52,428 bases of DNA from Perkinsus olseni. Taxonomy: Eukaryota. Within the stretch, counting starts at the first letter, position 1, and each line of letters starts with the position of its first letter. Under the pieces are notes generated by a model. It had not been told where the DNA came from. It did no database searches and saw only the letters and a list, made by a program, of their open reading frames with translations. Shown in pieces: positions 35,562 through 47,045 of this stretch. The stretch spans positions 1-52,428 of the forward strand of contig JABANN010000215.1 of NCBI GenBank assembly GCA_013115125.1, given 5' to 3'. The position numbers and the translations under genes were made by a program.

Positions 35562-36383
35562 ATGTCCTCGAGCCTTAGAAACTCTCCTGCCAACCGCCTC
35601 TCAAACTGGCTCTACTACGGTGTCTTCTACAGCTCCGTCCTGCAGTTGGGGCTTTCTAGAAACTCCGTCCGCAAGTCACCCAGCCCCTCTCCCGTTACCG
35701 TTATCGACCCCATTCTCAAGGCGACTGCAGATTACCCCGCGGGTTGCCAAGGTGGTCCGGGCCCAGGGACCGGTAAAGGCACGATACAGACGTCTCCTGG
35801 TTCCTGCGTTCACATCAAGAGGGGTGCATTCGCGGCAGACGTTCAACAGAATTGGAGCATTGGAGTCCAACTCGATTTCGAAGGACTAGGACTTTACAAG
35901 GGTTGGGGTGCTTTACAAATCCAGCTGAACCTAGTCGACTACGGCCATGATAACGTGTATGTGGTTGAGAATGTGTATATAACAGGTGACGTTACTATAA
36001 ATATTCCGGTGCTTGGTATGGTGGAAGGAATCTCCGTCAGGCTGAGGCAGGAAAACGACTATCAGTATTATTTTAGAAATGTATCTGGTGAGAGCACGAT
36101 ACGCATGGAAGCTTGCATGGGCGTACTTCTGACAGAATGGCCACCATCAACTACTGGAACCCTAGACTTTATAGTCGCGGGTAACGCTAGCACCGAGTAT
36201 TTGCAACTTCAAGGGTATAAGCTCACTGGTGAGCAGTACTTCTCGGTTCTACCGTTTATCTCTATTCAAAGGCATGGGAAAGGCTGGGTATATAAATTCA
36301 TCCTCCAGGTTGAAGGACTGGGGGGCCCATATGCTAGTTTCTCGTTAAGGCATGTTGTAGTCGATGGTGTATTGTACGACTAG
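35562..36383 (+). CDS. Intronless secreted protein, ADYPxGC family member A2 (273 aa)
   Basis: Intact ORF. Leader RLSNWLYYGVFYSSVLQLGLS, ADYPAGCQGGPGP, PGSCVH, C-terminus PFISIQRHGKGWVY...VVDGVLYD. 5' and 3' flanks homologous to those of 307-1260. Confidence 0.85.
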   Translation: MSSSLRNSPANRLSNWLYYGVFYSSVLQLGLSRNSVRKSPSPSPVTVIDPILKATADYPAGCQGGPGPGTGKGTIQTSPGSCVHIKRGAFAADVQQNWSIGVQLDFEGLGLYKGWGALQIQLNLVDYGHDNVYVVENVYITGDVTINIPVLGMVEGISVRLRQENDYQYYFRNVSGESTIRMEACMGVLLTEWPPSTTGTLDFIVAGNASTEYLQLQGYKLTGEQYFSVLPFISIQRHGKGWVYKFILQVEGLGGPYASFSLRHVVVDGVLYD

Positions 36384-37052
36384 CTTGCCGAGCAGCTTGT
36401 CGAGCTGTTTTCTCTCATCTCAGTGGGGTTTCAACGAACCCGATTCACTTAGTTTCCGTTCACTTTTCAAGATTTACTTCACTGTCGCAGAGAGTATTGT
36501 GTTGTGGGAGTCCCTCAAGCGAGAGCATCAACTAATTGCCCCCCCCCGAGTATTGGCAACGAACGCAGACGAATTGCCAGAGATTTTTTTATTGTGCGCA
36601 CCGCCAGAGAGATTTTCCGACTTAGTTCGCGGTGAGCGATCACAGCCTCATTCTCTCACCAGCAAACCTCTCGCTTCTGAAGCCTCCCGGCGCCTCGTCT
36701 GTGTGTCAGTTCTAATTCCAACGCCATCACCAGTCACGCCAAACTTGATGCCTTAGCAGCTTTGTGGTGCGCTTCTCGGGCACCGTCGGAATTTCCATCC
36801 GCTCAAAGGAAGCCCAACAAACGCAATCGACCCTCAGCAACAGTGTTGATTCCCCTTACCTGCACCCCCGCCCGCAGCAGGCCCAAAATCCTCCCCCGTC
36901 TCCCTTGCTTGACATACGAGTGCAGACTGGTTCCGCGGCCGAACGCCCCCATCAGGGAGCTCTCCATCATACGACAAGCAAACAAACGCACTGTCGCAGG
37001 GCACAATCCCGCAGAAAACTTCACAACGCTTGTTTCAATCCACCGCTCGTCC

Positions 37053-37325
37053 TAGAGGTGGGCGGCAGTACGGGTACGGTCTAGTACGGAGTACGGTACG
37101 GGTACGAGTACGGCTCCGTACCCGTGCTACCAGTCGCAGCGGTTCCCAAGTACCGTACTATTACGCCGTACTTGAAGTACGGCGTAATTCAATACACGTA
37201 TGCGTTGTTTAATTTATTCAATACGCGCTAGTTCTCCGTACCCATACTAGGGTGACAGTTGGAAACGTACTCCGTACTCCGTACTACCGTACTTTCCTCG
37301 ATCCCAGTACGGTTGCCCAGCTCTA
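37053..37325. mobile_element. hAT-superfamily MITE (273 bp)
   Basis: TIR TAGAGGTGGGC / GCCCAGCTCTA. Perfect 8-bp target-site duplication GCTCGTCC at 37045-37052 and 37326-37333. Many subterminal GTACG/CGTAC motifs. Confidence 0.9.
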
Positions 37326-39348
37326 GCTCGTCCGTTCACCCCCAATAGTTCATGGTGGAATCCCGAGTTTGAAAGGGCTCCTCGGAAGCCTGCTGCCCTC
37401 TCATACGACCGGCGGACAAACGGACTTTCCCAGGCCATAATCCTGGCATCACAGCCGTCGTGTTCTAATGCTCGCCCATTCCCTTCCAGTACTCAACTAG
37501 AACCCCACAAACGAAAATTTGAGGTCGAAACCCGACAAGCTTCTCTCTTGGCAAGTCAACCCTGAGGTAGTGTCCCAATACCCGAGGGCCATCACTGCAA
37601 CTCAGAGACAAACCTGTCGTCTCGGCGAGAATTCAATCCTCGAAAATTCGAACCAAAGCAAAGGCCGAACGATGAAAGCAGCAGCAGTTAGAACCCCAGC
37701 TTCCACTCCCCCACATCGAACGACTCCGGATACTCCGAAGCCCTCATTAATCAACTAAAAACAACAGAGTTCAACAGTACAAATCTTCGAATATTTTCAC
37801 TTAGCACAAACACTCAGACAAAACTAATGGTTCACAGGGTGAGCACTGGTCATCCTTGCTGCTCACGAACCAACAAGACCTCTTCAGTTCTCAACATCAC
37901 ACGACGCCCATTTTCCGTCTTCTTCCGGGTGACTGTACAACTGCCACAGCAGTACGCCAAGAATAAGGCCGGTTAAATCGTAACTGGGAAAAACGAAACG
38001 GTTGATACCACATTTCTCCCAAATCCCATTTAAAACCCTGTCCAGAATATCTAATCGTGTTGCTTCGTAAGCCGTAAAACGCCGTGCTAGAAGCCAGCCG
38101 AAGCGAGTAGTGCAGTGGCCAGCTGAAGAGCGCTAAGTTATTGACCCAGTTCGCCGGATAAATCAATTTGTTGTTGGGCATGGCTGGGAGTATCATGTTT
38201 TACGATAATTGAATCCGAAAACAACGTAATAACGACCACTCGCTATGACCTGCCTGGTCGAAGAGGTGCTGCGCAAGAAGAAGATCGTATCCTTCAGAAA
38301 AGGTGCGTTATAAGGATATTCCCTCTTCTCGGCCATCGGGACGCCGCCATCCCACCACTACCTTCGCAGCCGTCCAAGATGCATCACAATTCCATCATGA
38401 ATCATCAACGATCGATACCTAAAATCCACCACAACCTATCCTCTCCTTGCAAACCGAACAGACACCTCAGAGTCCTATCCTAACCACTCACATAGACTGA
38501 CACAAGAGGCGGAACGAAAAGGGCAAAGACTTCGACTTCCTGATAGTTCTCTATCCGTAGGACGCCATTCCAAGCAATTAACTCGAAGTGGTCAAAAATG
38601 TGGCGAACCCCTCATTAACGGCGACTAATAATACCAAATTTCGACCAATTCCCCCTTCTACTACCACAGCGGTTGATGGGCGTTATAATAGAGGACCCTG
38701 GATTGAATACCCGAACAGACACTGCACTGGGGAAGGTAGTACTGAGAAGGAAAACGACCAATCCTTCGCGTGATGACTCAGACAGCTTCTTCCCAGACTC
38801 AACTGCCCACAAAGCCCCAGATGGCAGAGACCCAGACTTTGGCAAGGTATATGACAAAATTGGATACAAATCTGTTACGATCAATATGCAGCGATCAGGC
38901 GCTACGACAGCTAGCCTGGCTATTGTCCGAAAACGCGCGAATTAACCTTCTAAGATCTTTCCCTAATTCTGTACATCTTTCATGTACAGTACCTTTCAAA
39001 ACTTCACCAAATATGAGGCTCGCAGGTTCGATTCCCACGGATGTCATTTATAGCGCCAATATTTCACTAAAATACGCACGCACAAAATTGAAGCAATTAT
39101 AAGGGCTACGCTTCGCCCGTACCACAACTCCACCAACTCACTACCTGTTTAACGCCTCCCGTGATCCTATCCAACCACGTCCGTCCAAAGCCTGACGATA
39201 TCGCTGCAGTAGGAGGGCACAGGTCCGATACGAATGGTCCAACTTTGGACCCGCAAGTGTGGCAACCGAGGCTCTGAGAGAAAACCACGTCCCAGTGGCT
39301 CTACCACATCCGCGGCTGAACCTCATGAAACGCTTATCCGCTATCATT

Positions 39349-39627
39349 TATTGCTGTATTAGCCGCTCGCTGTTATGACCAATTCTCTGCCAGCGCTCGA
39401 GGATATCACATTAGCGAGTACCACTCCTTCCCCAATTTCTAGAGAAACAACAGACTCGGTAACACCTCATAAAGCGACCCCCTTATTCGCTACCATTCAT
39501 TGCTTTATTAGCCGCTTGCTTTTATTTGGAATTCTACGCCAGCGCTCGAGGATATCACAGCAGCCGCTGATGCTGATCAGCGAGTACCACTCCTTCCCCG
39601 ATTTCCGAAGAAACACCGGACTCGGTG
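39349..39627. repeat. Imperfect direct duplication (about 110-130 bp units)
   Basis: tattagccgct...gccagcgctcgaggatatcaca...agcgagtaccactccttcccc...gactcggt occurs at about 39349-39460 and 39497-39627. Confidence 0.8.
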
Positions 39628-40716
39628 TCAGAAGCAAGCACAGAATGTCTCACAAACTTCACTTACCCCTTATTCTACAAGCACGTTCAATTCTCACTCT
39701 TGACCCGATTCGTATCCTGCACCCTTCGAGGTAAGATTCAGCTCAAACATATTAGCGAGTCGCCCTTGTTCGCCCGATGATCCCCCTAGTACCTTCCCGA
39801 GAGTGGTAGTAACATGACGCACACTCCCACGAGAACTCCGCAGATTCCCAGGCAACGCTTGCTCCAACAACGGAGACCAGAACGAACCTGAAAGTACCCG
39901 CAAATCTTGCTATCTTGCATTTCCTCAACGCCTACTACCTCTATAAAGAACACTCGACGGGAGGACGGAACGCCATGTTCCTCCGAGCATCGTGAACACC
40001 AACAACGCCACCTGAGGCAACGGCAACATCAGAACGCATATCCGAGGTTGAACCATGCTTGATACGAAATTAGTTGGCGACAAAGACAGCCGTGGTCTTG
40101 GACATAACCGTGAGCGCTTTTCGAAGTCTTAGAAACTCCTCGGGGAACGGTGTTGGGATACGGTCTCTCGAACCAAATCTTCGAATCGAATTTCGGCTAG
40201 ATCGGGCTTGCACAGCTTTAGCGCCCACCAAGCAACTCGCGTTGAGGAAAATTTTCTCGCAAAATTTCAACTTTTCAAGGCAAGAAAAGGAACTTTTGTC
40301 AGCATAAACGCAAAATCTATGATGATATCTTAAGTTGACCATGGACGAACACAGAAAAGGTTACACCACCCTAGATACTACAATTCCATCTCTAACAGTA
40401 GTAGGGGTATCCCAATAACTAAACTCATCGGCCAATGATCCCTGCTCATCCAGATTACCACCACGAGCTTGCCGAGCCAGATAACTGACAAAAATAATAC
40501 CATAAATCCCCCAACTCATCCAACCACAACCTACTGTGCTGTCTTTCCCACCACAGCACCGCTGCCGAAGATAATAGAGTATCCTGTCAACCTGAGCAAG
40601 GTGTGACGAAAATCCCTATCGAAAATGACCGCGCGCCACAAAATTATATCCCACATACCACACCAAACCGAACGCGTTGACGAAAAGTCAACTAGGCTAG
40701 ACAATAATCCAACTGT

Positions 40717-40855
40717 CCGACCGCGAGCCACAAAATTACATTCCATACTCGAGCGAGCAATGGTCTTTCTGCCCGACCGCGCGCCACAAAGTTACATTCC
40801 ATACTCGAGCGAGCAATGGTCTTTCTGCCCGACCGCGCGCCACAAAATTACATCC
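40717..40855. repeat. 56-bp tandem repeat, about 2.5 copies, with a further partial unit near 40627
   Basis: Unit ccgaccgcg(a/c)gccacaaa(a/g)ttacattccatactcgagcgagcaatggtctttctgc starts at 40717, 40773 and 40829. Confidence 0.9.
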
Positions 40856-40879
40856 GAAAGGCGATAGGATTCCCAGTCC

Positions 40880-42841
40880 CCTCCATGCGTCGCGGCATCA
40901 TCACTACTACCTTCCCGTGATTGGCATCTTCGATGTTATCGTCGACAAGTAGGCCGCTAGCTGCCCTGATCGAGTAGCTGTCCAGAACGCCGTTGCACCC
41001 ACGCCTGAGAGAAACAGTATATTTTCCTCCTTTCAAGAATACATTGGAAAAAGATTTTATCGAATTGATAGAAGCTTTCCGTATACATCGTACTGTACAT
41101 GGTATAATCGCCGCGTCTCTCAGCACGAAGAGCGCCGCCGGCTGTCGTCACGCCAATTTAGTAGTCTTCAAAAAAACTCTTCCACAGAAGCGTCCCAGCC
41201 ACTGTTCGTTCAGTCCCTCAAAAAGTGCAAAACGCAAACAACCGGGCGAGGAAGATTCGAACGTCGAAAGCGAAAGCGTGTCGATGAGTATCTTCCACTC
41301 ACCATTGGAAACGCTCGATTCGGACGAATAAATCTATTGATAATGTGAAAGTAGCATAAATTTCTAACCATGCTATTTTACGTGTCTTCGATGATCGCCA
41401 CTGGAATTTTTCTGAATTAATATTTTTTTTCATAAATTCATCTCGAAAAATTAAAATTTTCACCCCACTACGCGACCCACCTGCGGGTATCAAAAGCGAG
41501 TCTCGCACGGGCGGCCAGAACTTCGCATAGTTCCTCTCGACCGACCTGAGAATACCATCACACTCAGTACCACCTCTCGACCACATCATGTTACTCAGCA
41601 AGGCCAGCATTCTCCAATCCTTCTCGTGCCAGTGCCTTTAAACGCTCCACTTCATCGGTGGCTTTCCTCATCTGAATTTTTGAGACGTGAAAACTCGGCG
41701 GCCGCGGACGGTTGTTGCGGACTTACCTGTTCTCGCCCGGAGTCCCACACCGTCTCGATAGCATTAACTGACCGGGGGAAAGGCCGACGGATAACAGAGG
41801 ACTGAAAAAGAGTATCTTAGGTTGATGCTTGACTTTAATAAAACATCTTTCTGATTTGGAAGATTGCATAGATTAGTTTTCTCGCGGGCTCGCTGTATAC
41901 AGACGCAGCAGCACTGCGGCGACGCATACTCTCGATAAACTCGAAATAACGAATCAGATTCATCAACTTTTTTCAATGATCATCCATCGCCCAGCATGCG
42001 GACCTACAGAAAATCTTTCAGGAATTCTTTCTGATTTCACGTGGACACTCACTGAGACGCAGAGAGGGAGCGAACAATGCTCACGAAATTAACCGATGAT
42101 GAACGCGCGTCATCATTGCCGCTGCGTTAGCTGAGCGATGAGCCCAAGAGTCCGGCAAGGAGCGGTACGCTGAACTTCTCACAATGAAAATTTCCCGCTA
42201 CTTTATCGCCCACTTGAAGCGGCGGTCAACCTATAATTGTAAACCATGTACGGTATCGTGATGGGTGTGTACAGAAAGTGACTGATCACTACGCGAGAGA
42301 ATCATATCAGTTCTCAAGAGCTTTCGAGTTCAAGATCTTGACTTTATGACGACTTCAAGAGGGATCCATGCGTGTTTGAGGCAAGCTTCAACCCATGGTA
42401 CTCACAGACAGAGTGACATAACCGAAGTGGCTCCCTATTGCGAAGTACTGGACACAACATAAAATGAAACTACTAAACTCAATGCGAGCAACCGAATCGA
42501 CACGACCCGACTAACGAGAACCGCATAGCTTCGGATTTTCCTGTTAGTACTGAGTTTTGACACATTATCAGAGTATTTTCACGAAAGCCAATTATTGAAA
42601 CATGACCGTGCTGCAAAAATGAAGCAAAAATTGCAAAAAAAACGAAAAAAAGTCGGGCCCTTCCATTTCCTCCATCACCTTCGAACGCTTCTATTGCTAT
42701 TACCTCGGACAGCATTTCATTGCTGTATATTTCCCTTCCGTAGCGAAGACCTGATTGTGCTGCATAGCCGAAAACAAAGGGCACTAGAAGCGAGCCCACA
42801 GGGGCCGCTGCTGCTGTTGCTGACATTACAGTTGATGACAA
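40880..42841 (-). pseudogene. Possible decayed, intron-containing Mutator (MULE)-like transposase
   Basis: Splice-flanked fragments in MULE-like motif order: TVMS...LLVPFVFGY (about 42830-42704), VNAIETVW (about 41770-41728), RHWHEKDWR preceded by an in-frame stop (about 41640), LLVDDNIEDANHGK (about 40950-40910). Recognition is by eye only. Confidence 0.35.
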
Positions 42842-43110
42842 AAGAACTCAGATACAAAGTCGAGCCTGATGATGAACGAGCCTTGAGTTGGTCGAGAGGA
42901 AACTACACCATTTCCCGATCAAATAGAATATTTTCTCGGTCAACTTGATTTTGATTAGCAAGTGGCGAGTGGCGAGATTGCCAACTTAGCGAGTGGCAAG
43001 GGAATTGAAGAATTGTCAAACCAAAATCGCTTCGTCACCGAATTTGAATTTCTGAGCAAATCTGCGTGACATGAGTTTTTCAATTATCTTATGACAAGCG
43101 CGAGTTCGTT

Positions 43111-43998
43111 CCCACCCAGGGCAGGAACGTTCTTGAAGAACGTTCCTCAAGAACGTTCCCGAGATTTTGTTCAATAAACACGTTCCTGGAAAGTTTCGGG
43201 AACGTGCCTGCCAGGCACGGCCCGGGCTGCCCGGGCTGGGCATGAACTTCAGGCATGTTAAACACGTTCTTGAAGAGGGTACCACGGGACCGTTCCTAGA
43301 CCGTGAATCGTGCTCCGCTCCGCTATGACAAGCAAGTTCGAAGGGTTGGCTTTCTGGTTGAATGTACCCCTGAGGAAAGCTTATTGATAATCTGTCTGAT
43401 AATCAGACTCTGATTGCACAAGGTCACCAAAACATGAGTCCCCGATCCCATCGTACGCATAGCCATACGCTGCACAATAATTGCACTGCATGTCAAGGCT
43501 ACAGAGTGTCTCCAACTGTGCACATCGACAAGAGTCTAAGCCGGAACCGGCGTTGGACTATAAACTCACACACACAAAGGGGCTTGGAAGTTCTAAGTTA
43601 GAACTTTGTGCGAGGACGGTGAATTTAGTTCAGCACGTAAAACGGCTGACTCCTTTCCGGGTGTCCCGGGTTCGATCCCAGATAGAAGACCTTTACTTTA
43701 TCAAGTCCAGAAGGTTGTCGCCAGTACAAGCCGTAGAGGACACTGGTCGGTGGCGAGTCTCGCTGGAACCATCTTGAAGGGCGACGTGCTCCGCGAAGAT
43801 GAAATTGACGTTTCCAGTAACGTGTTCAGGAACGTCCTTAGCGTCTTGTGAACATTCCTCAAGAACGATTCCTGGGAACGTTACTAGCGTGCGTTTTTTG
43901 AACAAGATTTGTGCATATCCGTTCCTGGAAATTTCGGGATGAGTTGGTCCAGAGTTGAGTAGTTGGATTCGCTGGTAGTTGGCCCAGGCCACGGTGGG
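43111..43998. mobile_element. Probable non-autonomous DNA transposon with GAACGTTC-rich subterminal regions
   Basis: Clusters of the palindromic GAACGTTC motif and variants at 43125-43295 and 43805-43940, shared cgttcctggaaa(g)tttcggga in both, short termini CCCACC ... GGTGGG. No TSD seen. Confidence 0.45.
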
Positions 43999-44270
43999 CA
44001 TCACTGAGGCAGATGGATCCGTGGCGGGAGTGGAGAGAGTCATCCGAGTGACTCGAACGGAGTCGCGAGAGACAGCACTGAAGCTTCTGAATGTGGGTCT
44101 AGCCGCCGTTGGTCGTTCGCTTTGAGCCCTCAAGCTGGGTTCAACCCAGTGGGTCGAGTGTTATATCGTACGCCGTACGACGTACGGTGTCAACTGGTAC
44201 AGGTCTCAACTGATGCGCAGCTACAATGGTACAAGGGTAGTCGGTACAACCGATTTTCATTCTCTGACAC

Positions 44271-44690
44271 ATGGTACAGCTGCAACTCGTACAGTGTTAA
44301 GTGGTACAGCTGCAACTCGTACAGTGTTAAATGGTACAGCTACAACTCGTACAGTGTTGAATGGTACAGCTACAACTCGTACAGTGTCAAGTGGTACAGC
44401 TACAAGTCGTACAGTGTTAAATGGTACAGCTACAACTCGTACAGTGTCAAGTGGTACAGCTACAACTCGTACAGTGTCAAGTGGTACAGCTACAACTCGT
44501 ACAGTGTCAAGTGGTACAGCTACAACTNNNNNNNNNNNNNNNNNNNNNNNNNNNNNNNNNNNNNNNNNNNNNNNNNNNNNNNNNNNNNNNNNNNNNNNNN
44601 NNNNNNNNNNNNNNNNNNNNNNNNNNNCGTACAGTGTCAAGTGGTACAGCTGCAAGTCGTACAGTGTTAAATGATACAGCTGCAGCTCAG
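44271..44690. repeat. 30-bp minisatellite spanning a 100-N assembly gap (44528-44627)
   Basis: Unit (g/a)tggtacagct(a/g)caactcgtacagtgt(c/t)aa repeated head to tail at least 10 times; each unit has two related 15-mers containing GTACAG. Confidence 0.95.
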
Positions 44691-45549
44691 TTCGTGTCAT
44701 ATGGTAATACCATAATGGTATAGTGACACGTGACGACTCGTGGAGACTCCGTGACACAGAACTTGGAGGCCTAGTCGCTCGCCTCGTGTCTCACCAATTA
44801 TGGGCGGGCGGTTCCTTGGTCCCTCGTGCGGTGGTCGTTTTCCTCGCGCCCCTATGACTTCCTCATTGAGGAATCCTCAATATCACTATGATCAACCGCG
44901 TGCGACTCACGGGGTTTCTCGATGGTATCGCGATTCGCGATATGGTAGGGTATCCCGTGCATCGGGACCGGCGTACATGGCATCGGACCGAATCGGTCAG
45001 GCCGATGCCGCATATGTAGGAATATGCTGCTCAGGATCGGCTTGGGGGGCCCTTTGGGAGTCACCCTGGCTCAGTCACGGCAATAGCCGTGAGTACTAGC
45101 AGTACTATCCCTCACTGACAGAAACAATCATGAATGTTACTCCGTCGTGCCCGGGTCCTGCTGGAGCGACAGCAGTTACTGCCGCATTGCTACAAGGATC
45201 GAAGGGATCGATGCTCTCTCTACGCAGTGTAAAAGCTGTAATGTCACCGAGCCAGTTCATCGTCGGAGCGTCAGCGGCTGCCGTTGCCTTGCTTATGAAC
45301 TCACCCTTCTGTGATGCAGTCAAGTCGATTGCGCCTGACGACCCTGCTGCTGTAAGGCCCTGCGGATGTTTGCTATCCTCTGATAGCAGAATGAGCCTTG
45401 CGACCGTATTTCACATTTCGAGCTTCAAAGAGCGCGTTGGTTACCTCTCCTCCTGTTACACTCGCCGTTTTCCTTTCAGGGCTACCCCAAGCAAGTTGGG
45501 CGTTCTCGCTTCATTTCGATGAGGAACGCTACTCATTGTCATTTCAGCA

Positions 45550-46179
45550 ATGAGAAGCATCTTACATCATCGTACGCATCACTGGACATCTATATCAAGT
45601 ATGACGTCGTTCAAACAGACGACATCAATTGTCCCGCGACTGAACGTTGGCCCGCCTTTCGAGCTGTGTAAGTGGTGGACAACACCTGCACTCAGGTCAT
45701 CATCCTATCAGTGCTCTCTACTTCACAGTTACTCGGGAAGATCCGCCGTCCAGAGTTACGCGAATATCACATACCCAACTTCTGAGGAGGACTGGTATAC
45801 TTTTGAAGACCATTTCCCTCCTAACAATACTGGATTGGACCCACTCAGAGAGCTTAACCAGTCGCCCCTTCGCGACGCAAGGAATAAAGTTTACGCTGCT
45901 GCGGCGAAGGTGAAATTTACACGCGAGAGAGCAATTCTCTGGCAGGGCAAGGTGGAGGGTCAAACGGAGGCTCAAGACGAATTGATTAGCGAATTCAAGG
46001 ACGCCTGCTCAGTCGCGATCGAAACCATCAGGAAACACTTCGGCCCGTTCCCGAGACTTTGCGGCAAGTACCGTGACGCGTCCGAGGAGGCCATCGCAGC
46101 TGCAACGCTCGAGAAATGGTATCCCGTGAGGATCAGCGACCACGTCACGCAGCTTATGCCTTCGAAAGTTACGGAGTAA
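45550..46179 (+). CDS. Hypothetical protein; the C-terminal about 140 aa look protein-like, true start or upstream exons unclear
   Basis: 209-aa ORF with amphipathic helical C-terminal half (ELISEFKDACSVAIETIRKHFGPFPRLCGKY). No family recognised. Confidence 0.45.
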   Translation: MRSILHHRTHHWTSISSMTSFKQTTSIVPRLNVGPPFELCKWWTTPALRSSSYQCSLLHSYSGRSAVQSYANITYPTSEEDWYTFEDHFPPNNTGLDPLRELNQSPLRDARNKVYAAAAKVKFTRERAILWQGKVEGQTEAQDELISEFKDACSVAIETIRKHFGPFPRLCGKYRDASEEAIAAATLEKWYPVRISDHVTQLMPSKVTE

Positions 46180-47045
46180 CACTTTTCGTGAAGCCATTCA
46201 ACTGGAGAAGTTGCTTCTTATCTGACGAGAGGTACCCAGATTTTTCATTCTAGCAAGATGTCTGATGATGTTGATGTTTTTGCGTGAGGTGACTCGACTG
46301 TTGCAGTTAAGCCTGAGTCTTGAATTACGGCATTCGATAAAGATCACACCTCTACGCCAATAGTGACACTATTGACTGAGCTCCATCCGAATTTCAGACT
46401 CTAAAGCCCAACGAAGACATTTTAAATCATCGCACCTTAGGATTGCGAAGTTGGCTGTGCCAACCGCATGACGATTCAATCGTCATGATTGTGCTGAGAT
46501 GGGTGTTCCGCACTCAGCGGCCCAATAACCGACGACTAGTCACAAACGCCGCTAATAGTCATGGAATAGCGTGCGACACTATCACTGCGATGGCGAGCTG
46601 TGCGTCGCCTTCGTCCCTGGGCACTTGCAGCAGTTTTCCGAGAGAACTCTTCCCAGTAAGTCTCCGTTGAGCCCAACCTCTTGAACGCGGCTCTCACAAG
46701 ATGACAACGCGTGTTGGGGGTAACGAGGAGCTGATGACTACGGAGCCTTCCAGTAGGGGGGCTTCTGCAGCTCATAAATTTGATATGCGAAAAAAGGATG
46801 GCCATGGCTCGGCCCGAGCAAAATAGCGTGCCTCCAGCTGCACGCGAGCGCAATAAGCAGTCAAATGTGATAAAGTAAAGTGGTGACGCACAGCTCACAG
46901 TGGCAGGCCACTATTGGCCACCCGTCAAAGCACTGAAAAAGCCTCGTGACTCACGAGTCGTGAGCAATGCCCATCTTGATCTTTTGAAGCACAGAATCGT
47001 CCAACGTCCTCTCACCGGAGCTCAGAACCTCGACAGCTCCAGAGA

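Noticed and set aside
37500-40350. Protein-coding genes among the short ORFs in this interval
   Set aside because: Short ORFs without recognisable motifs or a consistent exon chain; looks like decayed repeat-derived DNA.
40717-40855. CRISPR-like repeat-spacer pattern
   Set aside because: The sequences between the repeated cores are themselves identical, so this is a plain 56-bp tandem repeat.
43618-43690. Functional tRNA gene
   Set aside because: T-stem pairs at only 3 of 5 positions and there is no acceptor stem; kept only as a SINE-like relic.
44271-44690. CRISPR array
   Set aside because: The 30-bp units are contiguous with no unique spacers, there are no cas genes, and the context is eukaryotic.
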